Origin: Thermodesulfobacteriota bacterium
GTDB taxonomy: Bacteria; Desulfobacterota_D; UBA1144; Nemesobacterales; Mycalebacteriaceae
Reading direction: 5' to 3'
Length of the DNA stretch: 64,000 nt
Assembly (NCBI GenBank): GCA_965205855.1
Contig: OZ242184.1
Coordinates: 384,001-448,000 of the forward strand
The notes below the pieces were generated by a model. The model ran no database searches. It was not told where the DNA came from and saw only the letters and a program-made list of their open reading frames with translations. Below are positions 38,473 to 48,086 of the stretch, in pieces (within the stretch, counting starts at the first letter, position 1; each line of letters starts with the position of its first letter). A program made the position numbers and the translations under genes.

Positions 38473-39012
38473 GTGTTAAAAATGAAAAAAAGGTTCACAT
38501 ACGGTATTGCGGTCGCTTTTTTTACAGTCGTGTTTTTTTCTTCCGTTTCATCGGCGGACTGTTTGGAAGAAGGAGAGGCAAAGAGAAAATCCTGGAGCGG
38601 ATTTTTTAAGAAAAAAGACAGCCACGGCTACGGCAAGCACGGGAGAAAACACGGATACAAAGCTTTCTGGTGGAGAGACTCCTCAATGGCGGAGAGGCTC
38701 AGACTTAAAGACGGCCAGATTGTCGGGATGGATGAAATTGCCGGTTCGTACATACGTAAACTTGCGGACTCGTATCAACTGATGTTTGACGCAAAACGCG
38801 AGCTCGGCGAACTCATGGGAAAACCCAAGGCGTCTGACGCCGCAATCAAAACAGCTGCAGAGAAGAAGTACCAGGCGTTGCTACGTAACAAACGGCTGAA
38901 ACTGGACATGGCTCTCGCTATGAGAGCCGAGTTGACCCCGCGGCAGATTCGGGAACTCGCGCTTATGAAAATGAAAAATAAAACATGGCGCAGAGGATGC
39001 GGAAAAAACTGA
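38473..39012 (+). CDS. Periplasmic Spy/CpxP/ZraP-like protein (LTxxQ family)
   Basis: Signal peptide, His/Gly/Lys-rich segment, WW...LRLKDGQ, C-terminal LTPRQ. Confidence 0.8.
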   Translation: MLKMKKRFTYGIAVAFFTVVFFSSVSSADCLEEGEAKRKSWSGFFKKKDSHGYGKHGRKHGYKAFWWRDSSMAERLRLKDGQIVGMDEIAGSYIRKLADSYQLMFDAKRELGELMGKPKASDAAIKTAAEKKYQALLRNKRLKLDMALAMRAELTPRQIRELALMKMKNKTWRRGCGKN

Positions 39013-39017
39013 TTTAA

Positions 39018-41051
39018 GTGGGAGTTTTCAAATTTCACAGTGAATTCAAGCCCGCCGGCGGACAGCCGGAAGCTATCAAACAGATTGTCTCCCGTATCCG
39101 AGCGGGCGTTTCTGACCAGGTTTTGCTCGGAGTAACGGGCAGCGGGAAAACCTTCTCCGTAGCCCATGCAATAGCGCAGACGCAGTATCCGGCTCTTGTT
39201 CTGGCACACAACAAGACCCTTGCCGCACAACTCTACGGGGAGTTCAGGGAGTTTTTTCCGGAAAATGCCGTCCACTACTTCATAAGTTATTACGACTACT
39301 ACCAGCCGGAGGCTTATATCCCGCAGAGCAACACCTTTATAGAGAAGGATGTTTCAATCAACGACCATATAGACAAGATGCGCCACGCCGCCACCACGGC
39401 GCTTTTTGACCGGCGCGACATTATTGTCGTGGCGAGTGTGTCTGCAATATACGGCATCGGCTCCCCGGAGGACTATTACGGAATGATGAACTCTGTTTAC
39501 AAAGGCGAGACAGCGGACAGGGATATTTTTCTTTCAAAACTTACGAGTGTTCAATATCAGAGAAGCAACGGAGTTCCGGAAAGGGGAACATTCAGAGTTC
39601 GCGGGGATGTTGTTGATGTGGTTCCCTCCCACGGAGGCGGGGGAGCCGTAAGGATTGAGTTTTTCGGAGACACAGTTGAAAGCATAACAGAGATAGACCC
39701 CGATACCGGAGCCGTTATCCGGCCTATGGAAAAAGCGGTTTTTTATCCCGCATCCCACTACGTCGCGCCGCGGGAAAAGCTCCTTGCTTCTATAAAAGCC
39801 GTCAAAAAAGAGCTCACGGAAAGGTGTGAATATTTTTCCTCGCGCGGAATGGATGAGAAAAAAAACAGGATAAGGGAGCGCACTCTTAAGGATATTGAGT
39901 TTCTTGAGACAATGGGTTTCTGTCCGGGAATAGAAAACTATTCGCGCCACCTTACGGGAAGAGCCGAGGGAGAGCCGCCGTTTACTCTTCTTGATTATTT
40001 TCCGGACGATTTCATCTGTGTGATAGACGAAAGCCACCAGACCGTGCCGCAGATTCGCGGTATGCACGCCGGAGACAGAAGCCGCAAAACAACACTTGTT
40101 GAGCACGGGTTCAGACTTCCTTCCGCCATTGACAACCGCCCCTTGAATTTTGAAGAATTTACCGAAAAAATCGGTCGGACGATATATGTTTCGGCCACTC
40201 CGGCGGAGTATGAAATTAACAAATCCGCCGGTGCAGTGGCGGAGCAGATCATTCGCCCCACGGGGCTTGCAGACCCTAAAGTGGAAGTCAGGCCCGCGCG
40301 CGGACAGGTTGATGACCTGCTTGAGGAAGTCCGCCGCGCCGTTGAATCTTCGGAGCGGGTTCTTGTTTCCACTCTCACAAAGAAAATGGCGGAGGATTTG
40401 ACCGAGCATTACAGGGAGGCGGGTGTGAGAGTGCGCTATATGCATTCGGAGATAGAGACGCTTGAGCGGATTCGCATAATCTATGATTTAAGAAGCGGAG
40501 AGTTTGATGTGCTTGTTGGGATAAACCTTTTACGTGAAGGGCTTGACATTCCCGAAGTGGCGCTTTTCGCAGTTCTTGACGCGGATAGCGAGGGCTATCT
40601 GCGCAGTGAGACCTCTTTGATTCAGATGTTCGGCAGGGCGGCGAGAAACACAAAAGGCAGGGTCATAATGTATGGAGATGAGACTACGCGCTCAATGAAA
40701 GCCGCGATAAGAGAGACCGCGCGGCGCAGAGAAATACAGGTTGAATACAACAAAAAACACGGTATAACTCCCTCGGATATAAGAAAAAATATCAACGGTC
40801 CCATGGGTCTTGTATGCGGCGCGGACTATTGCGACATTTCCGACGATGATGCGCCGCACGACATTGCGCCCGAAGACATACCACGCGCGGTCAAATCCCT
40901 CACGGTAGAGATGAGAAAAAACGCCGCAGATCTGGAGTTTGAAAAAGCCGCCGCTATCAAAAAAAAGATACTGAAACTCAAGGAGATGGAAGCGGAGTAT
41001 GTCGCGGTCATGAGAGGTCGGGACGGGGACGGGAACGGAAAGGATTATTAA
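39018..41051 (+). CDS. uvrB: Excinuclease ABC subunit UvrB
   Basis: LGVTGSGKTF, SYYDYYQPEAY, IDESH, GINLLREGLDIPEV, C-terminal UVR domain. Confidence 0.98.
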   Translation: MGVFKFHSEFKPAGGQPEAIKQIVSRIRAGVSDQVLLGVTGSGKTFSVAHAIAQTQYPALVLAHNKTLAAQLYGEFREFFPENAVHYFISYYDYYQPEAYIPQSNTFIEKDVSINDHIDKMRHAATTALFDRRDIIVVASVSAIYGIGSPEDYYGMMNSVYKGETADRDIFLSKLTSVQYQRSNGVPERGTFRVRGDVVDVVPSHGGGGAVRIEFFGDTVESITEIDPDTGAVIRPMEKAVFYPASHYVAPREKLLASIKAVKKELTERCEYFSSRGMDEKKNRIRERTLKDIEFLETMGFCPGIENYSRHLTGRAEGEPPFTLLDYFPDDFICVIDESHQTVPQIRGMHAGDRSRKTTLVEHGFRLPSAIDNRPLNFEEFTEKIGRTIYVSATPAEYEINKSAGAVAEQIIRPTGLADPKVEVRPARGQVDDLLEEVRRAVESSERVLVSTLTKKMAEDLTEHYREAGVRVRYMHSEIETLERIRIIYDLRSGEFDVLVGINLLREGLDIPEVALFAVLDADSEGYLRSETSLIQMFGRAARNTKGRVIMYGDETTRSMKAAIRETARRREIQVEYNKKHGITPSDIRKNINGPMGLVCGADYCDISDDDAPHDIAPEDIPRAVKSLTVEMRKNAADLEFEKAAAIKKKILKLKEMEAEYVAVMRGRDGDGNGKDY

Positions 41052-41072
41052 CGAAAGGATAAACGCGACTGC

Positions 41073-41100
41073 TTGCTTAATTCTTCTTTTTGAGTAGAAT
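41073..41100 (+). promoter_or_regulatory. Putative promoter of the rimP-nusA-infB operon
   Basis: TTGCTT-N16-TAGAAT. Confidence 0.5.
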
Positions 41101-41128
41101 AAAACCCAAACAGCTACTGGTTTTACAG

Positions 41129-41151
41129 AAGCGGGCCCTGAGCCCGCTTTT
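41129..41151 (+). promoter_or_regulatory. rimP leader terminator-like hairpin
   Basis: AAGCGGGC-cctga-GCCCGCTT-TT; GGGC...GCCC stem upstream of rimP, matching the known rimP-leader motif. Confidence 0.75.
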
Positions 41152-41180
41152 GTATGATTGGTTTCCGAGAGGTTGTGTTG

Positions 41181-41648
41181 ATGAAAAATGGCAATGAAAC
41201 GGAGACAGTTGCGAAACTGTCCGAAATAACCGAAAAGGTCGCGGCGCAATCCGGATTTGAGGTTGTGGATGTGCGTGTCGACGGTGCCGGAAGGATTTCG
41301 GTTTTTGTTGATAAACCGGGTGGAGTAAACATAGAAGAGTGCGCGGATTTGAGCAGAGAGATGTGCGTTTTGATTGATATTGAAGAAGTTATGTTCTCGT
41401 CCTATACGCTTGAGGTCTCGTCTCCGGGTCCCGAAAGACCCCTCACAAAACCCAGTGACTATGACAGATTTGACGGAAAAAGGGCGAAGGTCAGGACAAA
41501 AGACCCCGTTGACGGGCGCAAGGTGTTCACGGGACTCATAGGCGGGATAGAAAATGGTTTTCTCAAACTGTCCGACGAGGATACGGGCGGGGTTTTCTCA
41601 ATACCGTTTGATAGCATAGAGAAAGCAAATCTGAGGCGGCAGTTGTAA
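41181..41648 (+). CDS. rimP: Ribosome maturation factor RimP
   Basis: VFVDKPGGVNIEEC, YTLEVSSPG.ERPL, IEKANL; start moved to ATG 41181 after GAGG. Confidence 0.95.
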   Translation: MKNGNETETVAKLSEITEKVAAQSGFEVVDVRVDGAGRISVFVDKPGGVNIEECADLSREMCVLIDIEEVMFSSYTLEVSSPGPERPLTKPSDYDRFDGKRAKVRTKDPVDGRKVFTGLIGGIENGFLKLSDEDTGGVFSIPFDSIEKANLRRQL

Positions 41649-41651
41649 ACA

Positions 41652-43067
41652 ATGTCCACGGAGTTGAACAGGGTCATAGACAATGTCGTGAAGGAGAAAA
41701 GCCTTCAGAAGCAGGAGATGGTAAAAGCTGTTGAAGAAGCTGTCATTAGCGCGGTTGAAAGCGTTGAGAAGGTAAGTTACGAAGACAGCAGCTTTGAGGT
41801 TCAATACAATGAAGAAGAAGGCATTGTGGAGTTGTTCTTATACAAGGAAGTTGTTGACGAAATTGTTGACCCGCGCGCGCAGATAGATTTGAGCGGAGCG
41901 AAAAAATACGACCCCGGCGCCGAAGTGGGAGAGGAAATAGGCATCCGTGTCTGGACTTCCGCTGATATGCAGGACAAAGAGTTGCAGGAGTCCGAAGACA
42001 ACGATGTTATGTTTTCCCGCCAAAAGTTCACGCGCGTTGCCATTCAAAACGCCAAGCAGAAGATATTGCAAAAGGTCAGGGAGGCGGAAGGCCGTGTTAT
42101 CTATGAGGAATTCATAAACTACAAAGGCAGAATTGTGAACGGTATCGTGAGAAGGATTGAAAGAAGAAGCGTTGTGGTTGACCTCGGCAGAACCGAAGCT
42201 CTTCTTCCCTATTCGCAGAAAGCTCCGAAGGAGTTTTACGAACCCAAAGATCGTATCAAGGCGCTTCTGTTTGAGGTGGACGAAGAGAAAAAAATTCCGC
42301 GGCTGATACTTTCAAGAGTCGCGCCGGATTTTATCAAAAGGATTTTTGAAGGCGAAGTTCCGGAGATAGCGGATGGGGTAATTGAGGTAAAAGCCATTGC
42401 CAGAGACCCCGGCTCAAGGATGAAGATAGCGGTCTATTCACACGACCCCGATGTTGACCCCGTGGGCGCTTGCGTGGGAATACGCGGCTCCAGGGTGCAG
42501 AATGTTATTCAGGAGCTTCAGGGAGAGAAAATAGACATAGTCCCATGGTCGGTGAATCTGGGGCGTTTTGTTTCGGACGCGCTTTCGCCGGCATCCGTTA
42601 ACAAGGTGATAATTGACGAAACCAACAACCAGATGGAGGTTGTTGTTGATGAAGACCAGCTTACGCTTGCAATAGGCCGTGGCGGACAGAATGTGCGTCT
42701 TGCTTCCAACCTGACCGGGTGGAAGATTGACATAAAAACCGAGGAACAGATGAAAAAGGAGAAGGATCAGTCCATTACGATGCTGACAAGTTTGCCTTCA
42801 ATCGGCAATGTGTCCGCGACTCTTCTTTTCAACGAAGGGTTCAGAAAACTTGAAGATGTCATTTTCGCCGATTCGGAAAGCATAAAGGCCATTCTCAAGG
42901 ATTTGAGCGAAGAAGACATTGAGTCAATGATTTCATTCGCGAAGGTGGCACTTAAAGAGAAAGTCAAAGAGCAAACGGGTGAGGAAGCCGCCAAACCGGT
43001 TGCTCCCAGAGAGGATGCAGACCCGGCGGCACCTGATTCCGGAACGGAAACGGAGAGCCCCGCATGA
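41652..43067 (+). CDS. nusA: Transcription elongation factor NusA
   Basis: ARDPGSR, DPVGACVGIRGSRVQ, AIGRGGQNVRLA; C-terminal HhH domain. Confidence 0.97.
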   Translation: MSTELNRVIDNVVKEKSLQKQEMVKAVEEAVISAVESVEKVSYEDSSFEVQYNEEEGIVELFLYKEVVDEIVDPRAQIDLSGAKKYDPGAEVGEEIGIRVWTSADMQDKELQESEDNDVMFSRQKFTRVAIQNAKQKILQKVREAEGRVIYEEFINYKGRIVNGIVRRIERRSVVVDLGRTEALLPYSQKAPKEFYEPKDRIKALLFEVDEEKKIPRLILSRVAPDFIKRIFEGEVPEIADGVIEVKAIARDPGSRMKIAVYSHDPDVDPVGACVGIRGSRVQNVIQELQGEKIDIVPWSVNLGRFVSDALSPASVNKVIIDETNNQMEVVVDEDQLTLAIGRGGQNVRLASNLTGWKIDIKTEEQMKKEKDQSITMLTSLPSIGNVSATLLFNEGFRKLEDVIFADSESIKAILKDLSEEDIESMISFAKVALKEKVKEQTGEEAAKPVAPREDADPAAPDSGTETESPA

Positions 43068-43129
43068 TCTGATGCGCGTGTATGTTCCGTATTGCCGCGG
43101 AATTTTTAACGTCTTTATACGGGAATAAA

Positions 43130-45508
43130 ATGAAGAAAAGAGCACACGAACTCGCAAAAGAACTCGGGATCTCCAGCAAACAGATTCTGGTTGTCGCGGA
43201 GGGTATGGGAATCAATCTTAAAACCGCCTCAAGTTCGGTTGATGTGTCGGATGTGGAAAAGATAAAGAAATCTTTGTCATCGCCGTCTTCAGAGGAAGCG
43301 GAGAGCAAAAAACCCTCCGAAAAAAATATCAAGGTGGTTGAGTCCAGTTCTGGGCAGATCACCGAGACCAGATCTACCGAGCGCGTTGTAAGACGCAGAA
43401 AAAAATGGGAAAAATCCCCTCCCGTGAAAACACCGGAGGAAACTTCCCCGGATTTGGTCTCAGAACAACCCCCGGAACCGCCCTCGCCGGCCAAAGAAAC
43501 CGAAGCTGCCAAAACCGCATCAACAGGCAAATCCGCTAAAAGAAAACCTGCCGAGGTTGACTCGGAAAACGAAAAACTTGTCCAGAGAATGCGAGACGCC
43601 CTTGTTCCCAAACTCACTCCAAAGAAAAAGGAATACGTTGTTGACGAGAAAGGTTTTCGTAAAAAACACGATATCAGAAGAAAAAAACCTCCGCATTTCC
43701 GGACGACCGGCTCTAATAAGGCTTCCAAGTTGCCCGCTTCCGCGCCGGCGCACAAAAAGGCCGTCAAAATAGGCGAAACCATCACCCTTGATGACCTCGC
43801 GCGGCGGATGGAAGTGAGTTTGCGCGAAGTCAGGGTAAAGGCAAAAAACATAGGTCTTGACACGCGTCCGAACAATCCCTTTGACTATGAAACTGCAACC
43901 CTTATTGCCGCAGAATACGGACTTGATGTTGAAGTTGACAGGTTTGACGAGGGGGCTTATCTGGATGACAAAGAGGCGGGTTTTGAAAATGAGATGCCAC
44001 GTCCGCCAGTTGTGAGCGTTATGGGGCATGTTGACCACGGAAAAACAACCCTTCTGGACACTTTGCGCGAATCAAACATCGCTTTGGGTGAAGCGGGCGG
44101 AATCACTCAGGGCGTTGGTGCCTACAAGGTTCCCTGCGGAGACAGGCAGATTGTTTTCATAGACACTCCCGGTCATGAGGCTTTTACGGCGATGAGAGCG
44201 CGCGGGGCGAAAATAAACGACATAGCAATACTTGTTGTTGCCGCGGATGACGGGGTTAAGGAGCAAACCCTTGAGGCGGCAAACCATGTCAAAGCCGCTG
44301 GAGTTCCCATTATTGTTGCAATCAATAAAATTGATAAAGAAGATGCCGACCCTGAAAATGTAAAAAGGCAGCTCTCCGAGCACGGCCTTGTGTCTGAAGA
44401 ATGGGGCGGGGACACGCTTTTTACCGAAATATCCGCAAAAACCGGACAAGGGCTCAAAGAGATTCTTGAACTGATCCTTCTTCAGGCGGATATTCTTGAG
44501 CTCAAAGCTCCGTACAAGGGGCTTGCCAGAGGGATTGTTCTGGAATCCCGTCTTGACAAGGGGCGCGGCGCGATAGCCGATGTGATAGTTACAAAGGGTT
44601 GCCTGAAAGTCGGCGACCATGTGGTGGCGGGGCTTTTCAGCGGAAAGGTGAGGGCTCTTATGGATGAAAACGGAACGAAACTCAAAAGCGCGGAGCCTTC
44701 CATGCCCGTGGAAGTTATGGGTTTTGCGGGAGTGCCGGGCGCGGGGGAGAGTTTTTATGCCGTGCGTGATGAGAAGACAGCCCGCGCTATAGTTGAAAAC
44801 AGACGCAATGAACTCGGGCAGACCGAGGCGCCGTCGGTTCCACAGCCCTTGTCGCTTGGCTCGCTTGAGATGAAGCCTCCGGAAGAGGATACGGCAAAGG
44901 AGTTGTCTCTGGTAATAAAAGCCGACACTCAGGGTTCTGTTGAGGCGATTAAGGATTCCATAGCGAAGATTGAGACTGAAAAATGCTCGGTCAAAGTCGC
45001 CCACTCCGCGGTTGGCGGCATAAGTGGCACCGATGTCGACCTTGCTCATGTTACCGGAGCGTTCATTCTTGGCTTCAATGTGCGCCCCGACTCAAAAGCG
45101 GCTTCGGACGCTTCAGAACGCGGGGTTTTGGTGGAGACCTATTCGGTTGTCTATGAGATTATGGAGAGAATAAAACAGATTATGGAAGGGTTGCTTGACC
45201 CGCTGGTTGAAGAGAAAACAGTCGGACATGCGCAGGTAAAAGAGATATTCCGTATGTCTGGGCAGAGGACTATCGCCGGTTGTGTCGTCAATGACGGGAA
45301 GGTTTTGAGAGGAGAAAAACTCAGAGTCGTGCGGGACGGAGTTGTGGTTTTCGAAAGCAAGGTTGGCTCGCTGAAAAGATTCAAAGAGGATGTGAGAGAA
45401 GTTCAGTCCGGCTACGAATGCGGGCTTACGATAGAAAACTTCAACGATGTTAAAACGGGTGATGTTCTTGAGATTTATTCGGAAAAAGAAACCGCCCAGC
45501 AATTGTAG
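43130..45508 (+). CDS. infB: Translation initiation factor IF-2
   Basis: [11 protein letters not shown]-terminus, [26 protein letters not shown]; start moved to ATG 43130. Confidence 0.98.
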   Translation: MKKRAHELAKELGISSKQILVVAEGMGINLKTASSSVDVSDVEKIKKSLSSPSSEEAESKKPSEKNIKVVESSSGQITETRSTERVVRRRKKWEKSPPVKTPEETSPDLVSEQPPEPPSPAKETEAAKTASTGKSAKRKPAEVDSENEKLVQRMRDALVPKLTPKKKEYVVDEKGFRKKHDIRRKKPPHFRTTGSNKASKLPASAPAHKKAVKIGETITLDDLARRMEVSLREVRVKAKNIGLDTRPNNPFDYETATLIAAEYGLDVEVDRFDEGAYLDDKEAGFENEMPRPPVVSVMGHVDHGKTTLLDTLRESNIALGEAGGITQGVGAYKVPCGDRQIVFIDTPGHEAFTAMRARGAKINDIAILVVAADDGVKEQTLEAANHVKAAGVPIIVAINKIDKEDADPENVKRQLSEHGLVSEEWGGDTLFTEISAKTGQGLKEILELILLQADILELKAPYKGLARGIVLESRLDKGRGAIADVIVTKGCLKVGDHVVAGLFSGKVRALMDENGTKLKSAEPSMPVEVMGFAGVPGAGESFYAVRDEKTARAIVENRRNELGQTEAPSVPQPLSLGSLEMKPPEEDTAKELSLVIKADTQGSVEAIKDSIAKIETEKCSVKVAHSAVGGISGTDVDLAHVTGAFILGFNVRPDSKAASDASERGVLVETYSVVYEIMERIKQIMEGLLDPLVEEKTVGHAQVKEIFRMSGQRTIAGCVVNDGKVLRGEKLRVVRDGVVVFESKVGSLKRFKEDVREVQSGYECGLTIENFNDVKTGDVLEIYSEKETAQQL

Positions 45509-45520
45509 AGGGTTGGGATT

Positions 45521-45889
45521 TTGGCTTCGGTAAGAAACAGTCGCGGGCTTGGTTACGAGAGGCGGGAACGTGTAAGAGACCTTCTTCTCAGGGAAGTCGC
45601 CCTCATAATAAACGAGGGGAATATCAGAGACACGCGTGTTTCACGAGCTGTTGTTACGTATGTTTCCCTTTCAAGGGATATGTCCAGCGCGAGGGTATTT
45701 TTCACAAGTTTGAAGGGCAATCCGCCAGATTCAATGGTCAAGGCATTCAACAATCTTTCGGGATTTTTCCGCAAGCAGATTGCTATGCGCCTCAACCTCA
45801 AAAAGGTTCCGTCAATAGAATTCAAGCCCGATGACGTTCTGAGCTCTGCTCATCGTGTGGATGACATCATAAGGCGGGACGGCAGTTGA
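45521..45889 (+). CDS. rbfA: Ribosome-binding factor A
   Basis: RRERV, VTYVSLSRDMSSARVFF, LKKVPSIEF; follows infB. Confidence 0.92.
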   Translation: MASVRNSRGLGYERRERVRDLLLREVALIINEGNIRDTRVSRAVVTYVSLSRDMSSARVFFTSLKGNPPDSMVKAFNNLSGFFRKQIAMRLNLKKVPSIEFKPDDVLSSAHRVDDIIRRDGS

Positions 45890-46863
45890 AGGCACCGTCT
45901 CAGATAAAGGAGATTTTTGAACAGGGGGATAGCTTCCTTCTGACTTCGCATGAAAGCCCGGATTCTGACGCTCTCGGTTCAATGCTTGCGCTTGCCGACC
46001 TGCTTGAATCGCTCGGCAAGTCGGTTTTTCTGTACAATCCGAGCCGTATTCCGTATTTTCTGGAATTTCTTCCCGGAATTGAAAAGATAAACAACACACT
46101 TCCCGACCCTTTGCATCGGTCGTTTGACGCGCTTGTCGTGCTTGACTGTCCGGTTGCCTCGCGCGCGGGGAGGGATTTTGAGCAATACGCCATGTCCACC
46201 GGATGCCCGATTGTCATTATTGACCATCACAGGGAGGTTCAAAGCTCCGCCGCAGTTAAATGGGTTGAAACCGAAGCGCCGGCGACCGCAATTCTTGTCT
46301 ATGAGATATTCAAGGTGTTTTCATCATCCTTTACACCGCAGAGCGCGACATGTATTTTCGCGGCGGTTTCGGGAGACACCGGCTCTTTCAGATTTTCAAA
46401 CGCGAACGCGCGTAGTTTTGCCGTGGCATCCGAGATGGTCCGGCACGGAGCCAAACCGCAGGAGATATCAAGCGCTATCTACGAAAACCAGCCCCCGGAA
46501 AGAATAAACTTGCTTGCCCGCGTTCTTCAGACCCTCGAAACGGATAAAACCGGAAGTATAGCCTGGGTGCGCATTGACAAAGAGATGTTTGAGTCAACCC
46601 GCACCTCGCGCGAAGACAGCGAGGGAATGGTTGATTTTCCAATGAGCATAAGGGGCGTGAAGGTCGCCGTGCTTTTCAGACGCGAGTCCGGTGAAAAGGG
46701 TGGTTTTTGGAAGGCGAGCATAAGGTCGAGGGGAGATATAGATGTGTGCGAATTGGCGAACCGGTTCGGCGGCGGCGGTCATAAAAACGCCTCGGGCTTC
46801 ACTTTTGAAAACGATATTGAAGAAGTTATTGAGAAAATAACCGGAGAGATTAACCGCGCATGA
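45886..46863 (+). CDS. nrnA: DHH-family phosphoesterase/nanoRNase NrnA
   Basis: HESPDSDALGS, IDHH, DTGSF, GGGGHKNASG. Confidence 0.9.
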   Translation: MKAPSQIKEIFEQGDSFLLTSHESPDSDALGSMLALADLLESLGKSVFLYNPSRIPYFLEFLPGIEKINNTLPDPLHRSFDALVVLDCPVASRAGRDFEQYAMSTGCPIVIIDHHREVQSSAAVKWVETEAPATAILVYEIFKVFSSSFTPQSATCIFAAVSGDTGSFRFSNANARSFAVASEMVRHGAKPQEISSAIYENQPPERINLLARVLQTLETDKTGSIAWVRIDKEMFESTRTSREDSEGMVDFPMSIRGVKVAVLFRRESGEKGGFWKASIRSRGDIDVCELANRFGGGGHKNASGFTFENDIEEVIEKITGEINRA

Positions 46864-47774
46864 ACGGAATAATTGTAATTGACAAACCCGCTGGCATAAC
46901 TTCAAGCGATGTTGTGGGCAGGGTCAAAAAGATACTGAAAGCGGGCAAAACCGGGCATACGGGGACTCTTGACAAGTTTGCCACCGGGGTTCTGCCGGTT
47001 TGCCTCGGTGAAGCGACTAAGGCGATTCCGTATCTTGACGAGTCTTTCAAGGAGTACGAAGCAATAATGCGGCTCGGTTCCGCCACTGACACTTTTGACC
47101 CTGAGGGCAAAGTCGTGCGCACCGGGGATGTTGGAAAAATCTCAAGGAATGATATAGAATTGTGCTTCGCGGAAAACACTGGGACATTTTTTCAGGTTCC
47201 GCCAATGTTTTCGGCTGTCAAGAGAAATGGGGTAAGACTTTCAGAGATTGCTCGGCTTGGCAAGGAGGTTGAAAGAAGCGCCAGAAAGGTAACCGTTGAG
47301 TCTCTTGAGTTGCTTGAGTTCTCACCGCCTTTGGCGCGTTTTTTTGTAAAATGTTCGCGCGGCGCGTATATCAGAGCGCTGGCAGATGATATGGGTGTAA
47401 GACTTGGTTGCATGGCTCACCTTTTTCAACTCAGGCGTCTGGGTAGTGGAAGTTTCTCCCTAGCGCAATCTTCAACTCTTGAAGATTTAGAAAATGGAAG
47501 TTTTAAATTGATTTGCATTGATGAAGCCCTTTCCCATCTGAAATCCGTTTGCATCCCTGAAGACGCGGCAAAAATCGTCTGCAACGGCGGTCTTCTGAGG
47601 GGAAGAAATTTGACCGGACTTGGGGTTGCGGATTTCCGCGAGAATGATTTTGTCAAACTGACCCGTTGCGGCAGGGTGGTTTCCATAGCACAATCCCTTG
47701 CCTGTGGCGCGGAAGTTGAGAATTTGAAAGACGAGCCGGTTTTCAAACAGATAAGGGTGTTCGGTTCGCATTAA
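46860..47774 (+). CDS. truB: tRNA pseudouridine(55) synthase TruB
   Basis: IDKPAGITS, GHTGTLD, VPPMFSAVK, CSRGAYIRAL. Confidence 0.95.
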   Translation: MNGIIVIDKPAGITSSDVVGRVKKILKAGKTGHTGTLDKFATGVLPVCLGEATKAIPYLDESFKEYEAIMRLGSATDTFDPEGKVVRTGDVGKISRNDIELCFAENTGTFFQVPPMFSAVKRNGVRLSEIARLGKEVERSARKVTVESLELLEFSPPLARFFVKCSRGAYIRALADDMGVRLGCMAHLFQLRRLGSGSFSLAQSSTLEDLENGSFKLICIDEALSHLKSVCIPEDAAKIVCNGGLLRGRNLTGLGVADFRENDFVKLTRCGRVVSIAQSLACGAEVENLKDEPVFKQIRVFGSH

Positions 47775-47794
47775 AAAAACGGGAGGATTGTGAT

Positions 47795-48064
47795 TTGCCT
47801 TTGGACAAAGATGAAAAACGGAAAATTATTGAGGAGTTTGCAACAAAGCCCGGAGATGTGGGCTCTTCCGCCGTGCAGGTGGGCATACTGTCCAGAAGGA
47901 TAGAGCAAATATCTGCCCACACCTCCAAAATGAAAAAAGACGCTCATTCGCGCAGGGGACTTGTGAGGCTTGTGGCGAAAAGAAGGAAACTTTTGAACTA
48001 TATGAAGGGTACGAACCCGCAAAAATATGCGGAACTGATTAAGAGAATAGGGCTTAGAAAGTAA
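47795..48064 (+). CDS. rpsO: 30S ribosomal protein S15
   Basis: DVGSSAVQV, KKDAHSRRGL, RRKLLNY, GLRK; TTG start with GGAGG. Confidence 0.97.
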   Translation: MPLDKDEKRKIIEEFATKPGDVGSSAVQVGILSRRIEQISAHTSKMKKDAHSRRGLVRLVAKRRKLLNYMKGTNPQKYAELIKRIGLRK

Positions 48065-48086
48065 TAACAATCGGAGGATTATCATT

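Noticed and set aside
39534-40445. 303-aa antisense ORF (similar ones at 42964-43875, 44072-45049, 10137-10850 and 27641-28402)
   Set aside because: These are shadows of well-supported genes on the opposite strand, with no recognisable motifs.
45637-45652. parS-like sequence TGTTTCACG inside rbfA
   Set aside because: Only a half site; the second half (AGCTGTT) does not match TGAAACA. I noticed no full parS in the window.
46860-47774. TruB motif TLDK instead of TLDP as a sign of inactivation
   Set aside because: The catalytic Asp and the other motifs are intact; treated as a tolerated variant.
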